Virus record (IMG/VR): IMGVR_UViG_3300025600_000014
Span: 1-35,912 of that record
Direction: 5' to 3' (one strand)
DNA length: 35,912 nucleotides
Source: a virus
Taxonomy: Duplodnaviria; Caudoviricetes
Position 1 is the first letter of the stretch. Every line of letters begins with the position of its first letter. A program made the position numbers and the translations under genes. The notes under the pieces were generated by a model. It ran no database searches. It saw only the letters and a list, made by a program, of their open reading frames with translations, and had not been told where the DNA came from. Shown here one piece after another: positions 1-9,148 of this stretch.

Positions 1-99
1 ACCGATGTTGGCAAGACTGCGATGACGATGGATCAGACGTATGTTGCCGCGAAGGTCTACACAGACGGCAATCTGATTCAGCCGCTTTCAATGTATGCA
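1..99. repeat. Terminal overlap (copy 1) indicating a circular assembly
   Basis: 1-99 is identical to 35814-35912, and the capsid ORF reads in frame through the junction. Confidence 0.97.
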
Positions 100-120
100 C
101 TGAAGTACAACACAGCCTAG
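1..120 (+). CDS. Major capsid protein, C-terminal part (continues from 34818 across the junction)
   Basis: Reads TDVGKTAMTMDQTYVAAKVYTDGNLIQPLSMYALKYNTA* (TAG 118-120), an HK97-like capsid C-terminus in frame with 34818. Confidence 0.88.
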   Translation, partial: TDVGKTAMTMDQTYVAAKVYTDGNLIQPLSMYALKYNTA

Positions 121-136
121 CAACCGACGCACTATC

Positions 137-160
137 GGGGGCTGGAAACGGCCCCCATTT
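137..160 (+). terminator. Hairpin after the capsid gene (weak terminator or mRNA stabiliser)
   Basis: GGGGGCTG-GAAA-CGGCCCCC followed by ATTT; the U-tract is short. Confidence 0.5.
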
Positions 161-170
161 GAGGTGAACT

Positions 171-350
171 TTGAAGTACAGAGTTACAGCAAAGATGCCA
201 ACAAATGCAGAAGGGTTCAAGGCTGGGGACGTCATTGAGTACGACCCCGAGGTTGCCGTCCTTCTGATTGCCAAAGGCTACATAGAACAACTGGATATTG
301 AAGAGAGCAAGAGCGATAAACAGTTGCGTCATTACAATCACAAGGCATAA
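171..350 (+). CDS. Small post-capsid protein (59 aa, not in the ORF track)
   Basis: SD GAGGTG then TTG start; MKYRVTAKMPTNAEGFKAGDVIEYDPEVAVLLIAKGYIEQ resembles small head-associated proteins found after capsid genes. Confidence 0.7.
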   Translation: MKYRVTAKMPTNAEGFKAGDVIEYDPEVAVLLIAKGYIEQLDIEESKSDKQLRHYNHKA

Positions 351-363
351 GGAGGGTGTCGAT

Positions 364-1038
364 ATGAAGCCTGGGGGCCATATGTCTGATGAAACTCGGG
401 CAAAGATTTCTGCGACACTTATGGGACGACCTGCGTGGAATAAGGGCGTGTCGCCATCCGAAGAAACTAGAGCAAAAATGTCTATAGCTAGGATGGGGAA
501 TACAAATGGCCTCGGGGCATATCGTTCAGAAGAGACTCGCGCAAAGATATCTATTGCGATGAAGGGGCGCATTGCGTCTCCCGAAACGCGGGCAAAAGAG
601 TCTGAGGCATGGGAACATCGTTTGCCCGTATCAACCGAGACGCGAGCAAAAGAGTCTGCGGCTCAAAAGGGGCACGTCATGGCCGAATCTACTCGGATTG
701 CATTGCTTAATGCGAATCTTGGCAGCCACCCCTCCGCTGAGACGCGCGCTAAATTGTCTAAGTTCCATAAGGGGCTGCCCTCGGGATCATTAAGTCTCAG
801 GTGGAAAGGCGGTCAGGCGGTAACGCGCCGAAAGTTCAAGGCTAAACGTCGCACCCTTGGTTTTGTGCCACTGAATACATACTTTGAGGGGTGCGAAGCC
901 CACCACCTTGACCATGACCGCATTGTCTATATTCCGAGAGATTTGCATCGCAGCATCCGACACAATCAATGGACTGGCAAGAATATGGAACAGATCAACG
1001 CGCTTGCGTTGTCTTTTATAGGAGGGGTCAATGCCTAG
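364..1038 (+). CDS. NUMOD3-repeat HNH-like homing endonuclease (type A, ~7 repeats)
   Basis: SD GGAGGG and ATG 364; SxETRAKxS repeats; C-terminal CEAHH..IYIP..LHRSI.HNQ.TG. Confidence 0.85.
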   Translation: MKPGGHMSDETRAKISATLMGRPAWNKGVSPSEETRAKMSIARMGNTNGLGAYRSEETRAKISIAMKGRIASPETRAKESEAWEHRLPVSTETRAKESAAQKGHVMAESTRIALLNANLGSHPSAETRAKLSKFHKGLPSGSLSLRWKGGQAVTRRKFKAKRRTLGFVPLNTYFEGCEAHHLDHDRIVYIPRDLHRSIRHNQWTGKNMEQINALALSFIGGVNA

Positions 1039-1813
1039 CGCTTTGAAGGCCATAACTTCATTCCAGTTTGCGGGTCTGACCCCGACCGTCACGGGTGTGG
1101 TCAACGAGGTCACGCATACCGTAGCGCTGACGGTACCGTATGGCGTACCCGTGACGGCATTTGTTCCAACGATTACGATTTCAGCTCTTGCTTCTATCGC
1201 GCCCACATCGGGTACGGCTGGGGATTTCACTTCCCCCATTGTTTACATGGTAATGGCTGAGGACGCTTCGACACAGCAATACACGGTGACGGTTATTACG
1301 TCATTGACCCTGCTGAAGCAGTACCTTCAACTTGCCGAAAATGATGTGAGCCGGGATTCGCTTCTGCAATCCATGTGGGATGATGCGCTCATAACTATTG
1401 AAAATGAGCTGAACTACGAGGTCACAAACCATGCGGTTACATATCAGATAGTAGGAAACACGATTATCCCCTTTCCCGAACCCGTCTATTCCGGTTTGAT
1501 GGTCAAGTATCGCAACGACCTTACTGATACGGATGGTACCTATGACACAACGCTCACGCCATGGATTGACTATTATGTGTATCCGCGGCATATCGAACTG
1601 CTGACCTCGCGTTGTTCCGACCCTCGCATTATTCTTACTTATGTTGGTGGCTGGCCTACCCTCCCCGCTACGATTGAGAATGCCGCAAGAATGCTTGTGG
1701 CATATCAACTTCAACTGGTTACGACAGCACAGCCTGGAACATTCATCGACAAGCGCATACCTGCTGATGTAGCAGCAATCCTGCGGCCCTATCTTCCTTT
1801 TACACTCCCATGA
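1031..1813 (+). CDS. Head-tail connector/adaptor with an N-terminal Ig-like (DUF5018-like) domain
   Basis: N-terminal KAITSF..TVPYG..DFTSPIVYMVMAED..YTVTV; then SLTLLKQYLQL..D.LL..A..IE and YVGGWPTLPATIENAARMLVAY, typical of gp6/gp15 adaptors; position after capsid. Confidence 0.75.
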   Translation: MPSALKAITSFQFAGLTPTVTGVVNEVTHTVALTVPYGVPVTAFVPTITISALASIAPTSGTAGDFTSPIVYMVMAEDASTQQYTVTVITSLTLLKQYLQLAENDVSRDSLLQSMWDDALITIENELNYEVTNHAVTYQIVGNTIIPFPEPVYSGLMVKYRNDLTDTDGTYDTTLTPWIDYYVYPRHIELLTSRCSDPRIILTYVGGWPTLPATIENAARMLVAYQLQLVTTAQPGTFIDKRIPADVAAILRPYLPFTLP

Positions 1814-2406
1814 GACTCGGAAGCCATTTAACGATTGAGCAGAAAGCAAAAGATTCTGCCTCCTTAATGGGGCGCGTTGTTTCTGCTGAAACACGGGCGA
1901 AGATATCCGCGGCCCACAAGGGAAAGCCGGGTCATCCTATGCCAGATTCTACTCGACAGGCGCTATCGAAAGCAAACACGGGGCTTCATCCGGGGGTTGA
2001 AACTAGGGCGAAAATTGGATTGGGACACAGGGGAATATCGTTTTCGATAGAGCATCGCATCGCCCTTTCTGCCAATCACCGGGACGTGCGTGGCGAATTG
2101 AATCCCGCATGGAGGGGGGGGATTGCTCCAGAATTGATGCTAATCCGAACTAGCGACGTCTATTCTTCTTGGCGAACGGCGGTATTTACTCGCGATGCCT
2201 TTACTTGCCAGAAATGCAACAACGAGGGTGGGATATTGCGAGTGCATCACATGGATTCTTTTGCTGACATCCCCGAGAGGCGTATGGATATTGATAACGG
2301 GATTACGCTTTGCAACAATTGTCATAAAGAGTTTCATCACATATATGGCGTCCGACACAATCGCCAGTGGCAGACTGATGAATTCTTAAGCGAGGCATTA
2401 TCATGA
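1810..2406 (+). CDS. NUMOD3-repeat HNH endonuclease (type B, zinc-binding HNH)
   Basis: NUMOD3 repeats plus WRTAVFTRDAFTCQKC..VHH..DNGITLCNNCH. Confidence 0.9.
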   Translation: MRLGSHLTIEQKAKDSASLMGRVVSAETRAKISAAHKGKPGHPMPDSTRQALSKANTGLHPGVETRAKIGLGHRGISFSIEHRIALSANHRDVRGELNPAWRGGIAPELMLIRTSDVYSSWRTAVFTRDAFTCQKCNNEGGILRVHHMDSFADIPERRMDIDNGITLCNNCHKEFHHIYGVRHNRQWQTDEFLSEALS

Positions 2407-3800
2407 GCAAGATTTGGGATCCGCTCTCACCCCCAGCCCTTCCGGGGGTTGTCTGGACAAAGGGCGACAAAGGAGATAAGGGAGACACCGGGGCAGCCGG
2501 TGCGGACGGCAATCTTACGGGTCCAGTAGGCCCCACAGGTGCTACGGGTTCGCAAGGCTTAACTGGTGCTCAGGGGGAGACTGGTTCGCAGGGTATTCAG
2601 GGGGCTACGGGTGCACAAGGACCAACTGGCCCTCAGGGTACTCAGGGCATTCAAGGCAATACGGGTTCCGCTGGTTCTACTGGCGCAGCGGGGACTGTTG
2701 GTTCCAAGGGTGATACTGGAACTGCGGGGGCTGCTGGCGCTAAAGGTGACACCGGCAACACGGGTGCAACTGGCGCAGATTCGACGGTCGTAGGTCCTAA
2801 GGGAGATACAGGAATAACCGGTAACACCGGTGCAGCAGGTGCCGATGGCGATGCGTTTGTCTACGCTGATTTTACGGAGGGGCAACTTGCCGCTCTTGTT
2901 GGGCCGCAAGGTGAACAGGGGATCCAGGGCAACGCTGGTACAGCAGGGCAGAATGGCACAGCAGGAGCCACGGGAGACACGGGCAGCATTGGGGCAACGG
3001 GTTCGCAAGGTATTCAAGGTGAGACCGGCGCAACTGGTTCGACTGGAGCAGCGGGTGCAGACTCTACCGTTGCGGGTCCACAAGGGATTCAAGGTACAAC
3101 GGGGGCTACTGGAGCTGCCGGCGCAAAAGGCGACACTGGAACAACTGGCACTGCCGGTGCTGATTCAATCGTAGCCGGACCAAAGGGAGACACTGGGGAC
3201 ACCGGTGCTGCTGGAACAACGACATGGGCCGGTATTACCGACAAGCCAACGCTTGGTACTGCTGCCGCCCTGAACGTGGACGCGGATATTGCAACCCTTG
3301 TCCTACCCGCAAGTACGACCATTTCTGCTGCGGGAGCAGAACTTATCAACGATGCTAACGCTGCGGCACAACTGGCAACTCTCGGGGCTGCGGCATCGGC
3401 ATCCATTACGAACGTCGATAATACTTCCGATGCCACAAAGAACGCAGCAACCGTGACGGTAACGAACCATAGGTTTACACGGCGAGTAGATGTGCAAGCA
3501 ACGACAGACACAATTACCCCCGAGATTTCAACCTATGACATCTTCATTCGGACAGCACAGGCGCATGCCTTAGTCATCAACAACCACTCATCGAGCACGC
3601 CCGTTAATGGCGACATGATGTTGTTCGAGATTCTAAGCGATGCCACACCGCGAGCAGTAACCTATGGAAATCTGTATGTTGCCAAAGCGGGCGTGGCACT
3701 TCCCTCAATCACGGTAGCCAGCAAGAACTTGACCATGCTGTTCATTTGGCGCGTCGACCTGACGAAGTGGAATCTCTTGTCGGCAGGACAGGAAGCATAA
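2403..3800 (+). CDS. Collagen-like fibre protein
   Basis: Long Gly-X-Y tracts over roughly residues 21-272, then a globular C-terminal domain. Confidence 0.85.
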   Translation: MSKIWDPLSPPALPGVVWTKGDKGDKGDTGAAGADGNLTGPVGPTGATGSQGLTGAQGETGSQGIQGATGAQGPTGPQGTQGIQGNTGSAGSTGAAGTVGSKGDTGTAGAAGAKGDTGNTGATGADSTVVGPKGDTGITGNTGAAGADGDAFVYADFTEGQLAALVGPQGEQGIQGNAGTAGQNGTAGATGDTGSIGATGSQGIQGETGATGSTGAAGADSTVAGPQGIQGTTGATGAAGAKGDTGTTGTAGADSIVAGPKGDTGDTGAAGTTTWAGITDKPTLGTAAALNVDADIATLVLPASTTISAAGAELINDANAAAQLATLGAAASASITNVDNTSDATKNAATVTVTNHRFTRRVDVQATTDTITPEISTYDIFIRTAQAHALVINNHSSSTPVNGDMMLFEILSDATPRAVTYGNLYVAKAGVALPSITVASKNLTMLFIWRVDLTKWNLLSAGQEA

Positions 3801-4565
3801 ATGGCACAGAGCGGCGATTATACCTATACGCAATCTGGCGGTAACGCCACCATCACGGCTTATACGGGGGCGGGCGGCGCTATAACAATCCCATCAACGC
3901 TAGATACGTATCCGGTTGTTGCTATCGGGACTACTGCGTTCTACGGTAAGACTCCGACCAGCGTAATTATCCCGAATAGCGTAACCAGTATTGGCAGCAT
4001 GGCATTCTATCATATTGTGGGATTGACTAGCGTGACTATTGGGAATGGCGTAGTTAGTATTGGAGCTAGTGCATTCGAGGGTTGTTCAGGACTGACCAGT
4101 GTGACTATCGGGAGTGGCGTAACCAGCATTGGAGCTGATGCGTTCCATGATTGTACTGTGCTGACCGGCTTAATCATTCCCAATAGCGTGACCAGCATTG
4201 GCGGTAGTGCATTTGCTAGTTGTACGTCTCTAACCGCTTTGTCCATCCCCAACAGCGTAACCAGCATTGGGAATACTGCTTTCTATAATTGTACGGGACT
4301 GACTACTGTAATCATCGGGAGCGGCGTTACCAGTATTGGCAATAATGTGTTTCTGGATTGTTCCGCACTGGTAACGGCACACTTCCACGGAAATGCCCCT
4401 GCGACGTGGGGGACTACCGTGTTCTCTGGTGTTCATGCTGGCTTTGTCATCTATTACTATACAGGAGCAACTGGGTGGACAAATCCGTTCAATACCTATA
4501 CGACAGCAGCCGAAAGTCCACCGGTAACAGTCAAACCGAACTTCATTCCATTTTTTTGGGCATAA
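3801..4565 (+). CDS. BspA/TpLRR-type (LRR_5) leucine-rich repeat protein, putative adhesin
   Basis: Tandem 23-aa LTSVTIPNSVTSIGxxAFxxC repeats. Confidence 0.9.
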   Translation: MAQSGDYTYTQSGGNATITAYTGAGGAITIPSTLDTYPVVAIGTTAFYGKTPTSVIIPNSVTSIGSMAFYHIVGLTSVTIGNGVVSIGASAFEGCSGLTSVTIGSGVTSIGADAFHDCTVLTGLIIPNSVTSIGGSAFASCTSLTALSIPNSVTSIGNTAFYNCTGLTTVIIGSGVTSIGNNVFLDCSALVTAHFHGNAPATWGTTVFSGVHAGFVIYYYTGATGWTNPFNTYTTAAESPPVTVKPNFIPFFWA

Positions 4566-4585
4566 TGTGTTTTAGGAGGAACAAC

Positions 4586-5548
4586 ATGAGCATGAAAACG
4601 ACATCTTCATCTGGCGCACATAGCCATACCATTGATATTGTTGCTACCGATTTGTCAGGGATTCAAGGACAAATCACTGCCCTAGATACTCGCATTAAGG
4701 CATTGGAATCATCTAAGCCTGCCGCTCCTGCACCAATTCTTGCACCAGTTCCTGCACCGACGACGCCCACTCAACGCATCGTTTCCTTCACATCGGGCCA
4801 GACCATCAGTGCTTTCATGACCCTTCTTGCTGATGAATCCGTTGACGTGATTGAGATGGCGGCGGGGACGTATCATTTTCCCTACACGGTTATCAACATC
4901 AACCGGACGCGGCTCGTCGTGGTACGGCCAAAAATAGGTGCTGTGGTGATTCTGTCGGGTTCAGTTAGCGGGAGGGATCCTCAATTCGGCTTTGGTTTCG
5001 ATAACCCAGCTGGCAACATCACGATGCAGAATCTCATCTTCGACGGATACATCCTTGGTCAGCAGGGCATCATCCAAGCCTTCAACTGTCACGACATCAC
5101 TCTCAATGATATGGTCGTTCGCAACAGCCGTTGCAACCCGGCAATTTCTCCGCCGAATAGCTCTATAGCGATTTACATAACGTCCACTAAGACCGTGTTT
5201 GTAACAAACTTTACGGCCAATCGCTGGACTGTCGAGGCTACTGACCGTCAAATGTCGGCCCTCCAGGTCTACGGAGGGAACAACGTCACTGCTATCGGCT
5301 GGGTCGTGTCAAACGCTTGCTTCGCAGTCTATGCTAGTGGAAGTGGGAGAGGCCCACTCACTAACCTCATTCTTGATGGTTGGAAAATCAGCAACACGGG
5401 TTCCCCTACATGGGGGTTCGCCAACATATCGGTCGCTGCCGAATATTCCACGGGCAAGGTCAGCAACATGCACGCCACTGCATCAGGGGGACTTGCTATC
5501 GTGGGCACTCCGCAGCTGATTGATGGCGGCGGGAATACTTGGGCGTAG
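4586..5548 (+). CDS. Putative right-handed beta-helix (pectin-lyase-like) protein with a coiled coil and Pro-rich linker
   Basis: SD AGGAGG before ATG 4586; IEMAAGTY, NITMQNLIFDG and HDITLNDMVVRN are beta-helix-like strands. Confidence 0.65.
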   Translation: MSMKTTSSSGAHSHTIDIVATDLSGIQGQITALDTRIKALESSKPAAPAPILAPVPAPTTPTQRIVSFTSGQTISAFMTLLADESVDVIEMAAGTYHFPYTVININRTRLVVVRPKIGAVVILSGSVSGRDPQFGFGFDNPAGNITMQNLIFDGYILGQQGIIQAFNCHDITLNDMVVRNSRCNPAISPPNSSIAIYITSTKTVFVTNFTANRWTVEATDRQMSALQVYGGNNVTAIGWVVSNACFAVYASGSGRGPLTNLILDGWKISNTGSPTWGFANISVAAEYSTGKVSNMHATASGGLAIVGTPQLIDGGGNTWA

Positions 5549-5555
5549 GAGAGCC

Positions 5556-5948
5556 ATGATTAACGTAGAGATTTCGGGAATGGCAGAACTGAACAAGGTA
5601 TTGCAGGGTATGGCAAAGGAATATCCCAATGCCGTCTATCGTGGCTGTGTTGATACTGGCCTGCGGATTGAGCGGGAAGCCAAGCAGTTTGAGACGCGCA
5701 TTGACACGAACAACCTCCGATCCTCCATTGCAACACATCCCGATAAGGAAAACAAGACGGTTACGGTGACGGCTGGCGGGTCTGCTGGTACGGGCGAAGG
5801 GCAGACAGAGGACGTGAACTATGCAGTCTATCAAGAGTTTGGCACTCGCTATATTGAGCCGCTCTTGTTTATGACCCGTGCCGCAGAGGTTGGCTTTCGT
5901 GCTATGCCCGACTTCATTGCCAAGTATCTCAATGAGGTAAAGAAATGA
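5556..5948 (+). CDS. HK97 gp10-like tail-completion/neck protein
   Basis: VEISGMAEL..L, IDTNNLRSSI and YAVYQEFGTRYIEPLLFMTRA. Confidence 0.85.
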   Translation: MINVEISGMAELNKVLQGMAKEYPNAVYRGCVDTGLRIEREAKQFETRIDTNNLRSSIATHPDKENKTVTVTAGGSAGTGEGQTEDVNYAVYQEFGTRYIEPLLFMTRAAEVGFRAMPDFIAKYLNEVKK

Positions 5949-6280
5949 CTGACCTCGTTGACGCCGTTATCGTTGAACTGAAGAAGTTTCCCCTTGTGTT
6001 TGCCTCTCGCGTTTATAGGGGTTGGCCGCCCGTTACGTCACCCATGCCTGATTGTGGTGTTATGGCAACGATTGACGGTGAACGGGGCATAGATCATAAC
6101 TTGGCGTCATGGCACGTCCAGGTTGATTCGTGGGCAAAGTCCACTACTGACCTAGTGGCGGTTGAAGCTGCAATACGTGTTGTCGCTAATAAATATGGTT
6201 CGGTCGTACATCACCGCGAGATTCCAGAGAGCGGAAACACCCACGTTGTGAGCACATTTGATGCTCTCGGAGGCTTCTAG
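5945..6280 (+). CDS. Putative tail terminator protein
   Basis: Position between gp10-like and tail tube genes; RVY..PP and VQVDSWAKS. Confidence 0.65.
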   Translation: MTDLVDAVIVELKKFPLVFASRVYRGWPPVTSPMPDCGVMATIDGERGIDHNLASWHVQVDSWAKSTTDLVAVEAAIRVVANKYGSVVHHREIPESGNTHVVSTFDALGGF

Positions 6281-6843
6281 TGGCAATTACCAATATGATT
6301 GAGAAAATCGCAGTCGCACGCATAGTCGATTGCGAGATCAAAGTTTACGTTGCAGGAACCGCAACAACCCTCATCGACATTGCAGAAGTGAGCGACGTCA
6401 AGGCTTCGGTTTCATGGAGCTCTGCGCAAGCAAGGGGCGATGGTTCCACGTTTGCAGTTTCATCGAAGCTGGACAAGGCCGACATTACTTTTGGCACCAT
6501 GTGTTTATCTAAGGCCCTTCTGTCTGCCCTGACTGGGGATACTCTGTCAACCCCAAGCGCAACGACTGAAACGTCCAACTACAATGTGGCAAGCGTTCCC
6601 CCCTATTTCAGCTTTGAGGTCCAGTCAACAGACATTACCGGACTTGAAACAGTCGATGCTACGAATGGATTGCCTGCGGATGTTCACGTGAACTTCGGCA
6701 AGTGCAAGATCACGAAGATCGACAACATCCTCCCGACCGAAGATGGGTTTGCAACGATCTCCGTTACAGCTGTAGCAATTCCTGATTCAACCGGTCTCTT
6801 GTTCAAGATTGTTGCGAACGTTGCCGCAACTGCGATTGCATAA
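6280..6843 (+). CDS. Major tail (tube) protein
   Basis: Position, 187 aa, beta-rich, ARGDG and PPYFSFE segments. Confidence 0.7.
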   Translation: MAITNMIEKIAVARIVDCEIKVYVAGTATTLIDIAEVSDVKASVSWSSAQARGDGSTFAVSSKLDKADITFGTMCLSKALLSALTGDTLSTPSATTETSNYNVASVPPYFSFEVQSTDITGLETVDATNGLPADVHVNFGKCKITKIDNILPTEDGFATISVTAVAIPDSTGLLFKIVANVAATAIA

Positions 6844-6846
6844 CCC

Positions 6847-7185
6847 ATGACCATCGACGAATACAAGCATAGAACTATTGAGCTGACATTCCCCTCGGGG
6901 CTGGTATTGACCGTCCAGCCCCCGAAGGCTAAGGCGATGCTGGACGCCTCCAATGCCTCAGTTAGTCCTGTTGAAGTTATGGCAGGATTGTTGAAGCTGG
7001 TAGAGGCGGGATTTCCAGCCGACTTTACCCTTGATGACATCTCTGAGCCGAAAGATTGGGCATACCTCCAGGAGTGGGTAGCTCGTTTTTTCGCGGAGAT
7101 GTTCCCTTCCCAATCAACGAGAGTATCGAAAAGCTCCTCAAAGACCGTTACGCCAGCACAGGTAGATGGCCCCACGACTTCCTAG
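6847..7185 (+). CDS. Tail assembly chaperone (gpG-like)
   Basis: Lies between tail tube and tape measure; contains the slippery heptamer T TTT TTC at 7086-7092. Confidence 0.75.
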   Translation: MTIDEYKHRTIELTFPSGLVLTVQPPKAKAMLDASNASVSPVEVMAGLLKLVEAGFPADFTLDDISEPKDWAYLQEWVARFFAEMFPSQSTRVSKSSSKTVTPAQVDGPTTS

Positions 7186-7301
7186 ATATTGATTTTGACC
7201 AATGGGGTTTTGACTTAGCCGTATTGGGAAGTTCAAGCGAAAAGCAATCGGCAACAGCGTTCCGAGATGAGGCTATTAAGAGAATGAAAGCGAGGCGATA
7301 A
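7086..7301 (+). CDS. -1 frameshift extension of the tail chaperone (gpGT-like)
   Basis: The -1 frame is open from the slippery site (FFRGDVPFPINESIEK...) to TAA 7299-7301, which overlaps the tape measure ATG. Confidence 0.75.
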   Translation, partial: FFRGDVPFPINESIEKLLKDRYASTGRWPHDFLDIDFDQWGFDLAVLGSSSEKQSATAFRDEAIKRMKARR

Positions 7302-9148
7302 TGGATCTCCAACAGTTGGTCTTACGCATAGGTGGCGACAGTAAGGGCGCCGAATCGGCACTGGGCAATGTCGGGACCGCCACTAATAAGCTGGGCGGTA
7401 TCATCAAGACCATTATCGCCGGTGCTGCTGTTGCTGCCATGGTCAAGTGGACAGAAGTAACCATTAACCTCGGGATTGAAGCAGAAAAGGCCGCTGCACT
7501 GTTAGATGCTACCATGAAGCATACCTTGAATTCCACGAATGAGCAGGTTGCCGCTTGCAAGAGTTGGGCAGAGAATCAGGAAAAGGTCAACCATTTCGAT
7601 GCTGAAGAGCTTATGGCACAGCTTGACAAGGGTATCGTCAAGTATGGTGATCTTGGTACTGCTCAGGTTGCCGTATCTGCCGCCCAGGAAGTGGCAAGGC
7701 TTAAGGGTATTGATGTTGCCTCTGCCTACTCTCTTGTTGAACAAGCGTCAAATGGTATGGCGCGGTCTCTGAAACAGTTTGGTATTGAAGCCAAAGCGGG
7801 AACCTCGCAGTTGGGGTACCTTCAACAGATTCTAGATAAGACAAGTGGTTCAACTGAGGCTTACAACAAGACCACGGCGGGCATGATCGGCGCGATGAAG
7901 CAGTCCTATGAGGTCATGCGCGAAACACTAGGGCAAGCATTACTTCCCCTTGTGAATACGCTCATGACGCAATTGAGTCCGATCATTGAGAACTTGACCC
8001 AATACATCATCAACAACATGCCACAAATACAGAGCGCCATTGCGAAGGCATGTGATGGTATTGGCGAGGCGTTCAAGGTTGCCGGGGAAGTTATTAGGCT
8101 CGTTGCCAATGACATTAATTGGATTATTGCCAATGCTGGCATTGCTATTAACTGGATCAACAAAACCCGTGTAGCGAACGAGACAAGAGCTGCGACAAAT
8201 GCGTCTGCTGGCGAGGACTTCAATCTCACGGGTATGCTTACCCCGAACCCTGGCACAAATAGCGTTGGAACGCTATTGAATATTGCTGGCGGCAGGGGAA
8301 CAACTAATAGGGGCGTTGTTGGTAGTCTCTCTGATGTTGCGGCGGGAATCGTGAAGGTAAAAGACGCCTACGCTGGCGCGGGAGTAGCGGCGGTTGACTC
8401 GGGCATTGCTGCAACTAAGGCAAGTACTGCTGGGGCATCTGCAGCCAAGACAGCAAGCACTGCTATTGCCGATGCTGCTAAAGCCGCTGCTCAGAAGGTT
8501 GCCGATACTGCCAAGGCAACTGCTGAAGCAATCAAGCAAGCGCGACAGGCCATCTCTGATAAGATTTACACTCTCACTCACACAGATCAGCAGAATGAGC
8601 AACGTGCCCTCGATGTGGAATATGCCGCAAATCTTGTAGCAAGCAAAGACAAGCTGGCGTCAAAGACCCTCTATACCAATGAATGCAATGCCCTCTTGAA
8701 GAAATATGCGGACCTGGCGAAAACAAAAGAAGAAGAGCAGACTTCCAAAGTACAAGCCGAACTGGACAAGCGTCTGGCGGCACAACAGCGGTACAATGAC
8801 GCCGTTGCCAGCGCTACGCAATCGCTCATGGATCAGATTTTTAACGCGACTCATAACGAGCAACAGAAAGAGGCGATGGACATTGCGCAGCAAGCAGCGA
8901 CCTCCCTTGCGTCTGGCGTAGCCCCCTCGTTGATAAACAAATACGTGTCCACGATGTCAAACGGAATGCAGTCGAACGCAGGTCCAGAAACGTTGTCTGA
9001 GGCAAGTGCCGCCGTAGGTCAATATCTGTCCGGCCCCCTGAAAAAGCTCAATGACGGCATTGTGACCCTTACTGCCGCCGTGACACAGGTTGCACCTGGG
9101 GTTGGGAGCGTAATTAATGGTATGGGCAGGGGGAGCTATACGCCATGA
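7301..9148 (+). CDS. Tape measure protein
   Basis: N-terminal LVLRIGGDSK; Ala-rich and helical; position; 615 aa. Confidence 0.85.
   Translation: MDLQQLVLRIGGDSKGAESALGNVGTATNKLGGIIKTIIAGAAVAAMVKWTEVTINLGIEAEKAAALLDATMKHTLNSTNEQVAACKSWAENQEKVNHFDAEELMAQLDKGIVKYGDLGTAQVAVSAAQEVARLKGIDVASAYSLVEQASNGMARSLKQFGIEAKAGTSQLGYLQQILDKTSGSTEAYNKTTAGMIGAMKQSYEVMRETLGQALLPLVNTLMTQLSPIIENLTQYIINNMPQIQSAIAKACDGIGEAFKVAGEVIRLVANDINWIIANAGIAINWINKTRVANETRAATNASAGEDFNLTGMLTPNPGTNSVGTLLNIAGGRGTTNRGVVGSLSDVAAGIVKVKDAYAGAGVAAVDSGIAATKASTAGASAAKTASTAIADAAKAAAQKVADTAKATAEAIKQARQAISDKIYTLTHTDQQNEQRALDVEYAANLVASKDKLASKTLYTNECNALLKKYADLAKTKEEEQTSKVQAELDKRLAAQQRYNDAVASATQSLMDQIFNATHNEQQKEAMDIAQQAATSLASGVAPSLINKYVSTMSNGMQSNAGPETLSEASAAVGQYLSGPLKKLNDGIVTLTAAVTQVAPGVGSVINGMGRGSYTP

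Noticed and set aside
62-75. CAGA-CGGCAA-TCTG as another CGGCAA hairpin
   Set aside because: Only 4 bp and inside the capsid coding sequence; may be chance
1-99. 99-bp terminal direct repeat as a biological genome end
   Set aside because: It falls in the middle of the capsid gene and its length fits an assembler k-mer overlap; it marks circularity only
2403-4565. Diversity-generating retroelement acting on the fibre or LRR genes
   Set aside because: No reverse transcriptase, and no template/variable repeat pair differing at adenines was seen; the repeats are protein-level
4358-4585. Longer upstream starts given in the ORF track (also 298, 5520, 16554, 20151, 20680, 22841)
   Set aside because: They overlap upstream genes or RNA structures; downstream starts with a clear SD or ATGA coupling are preferred
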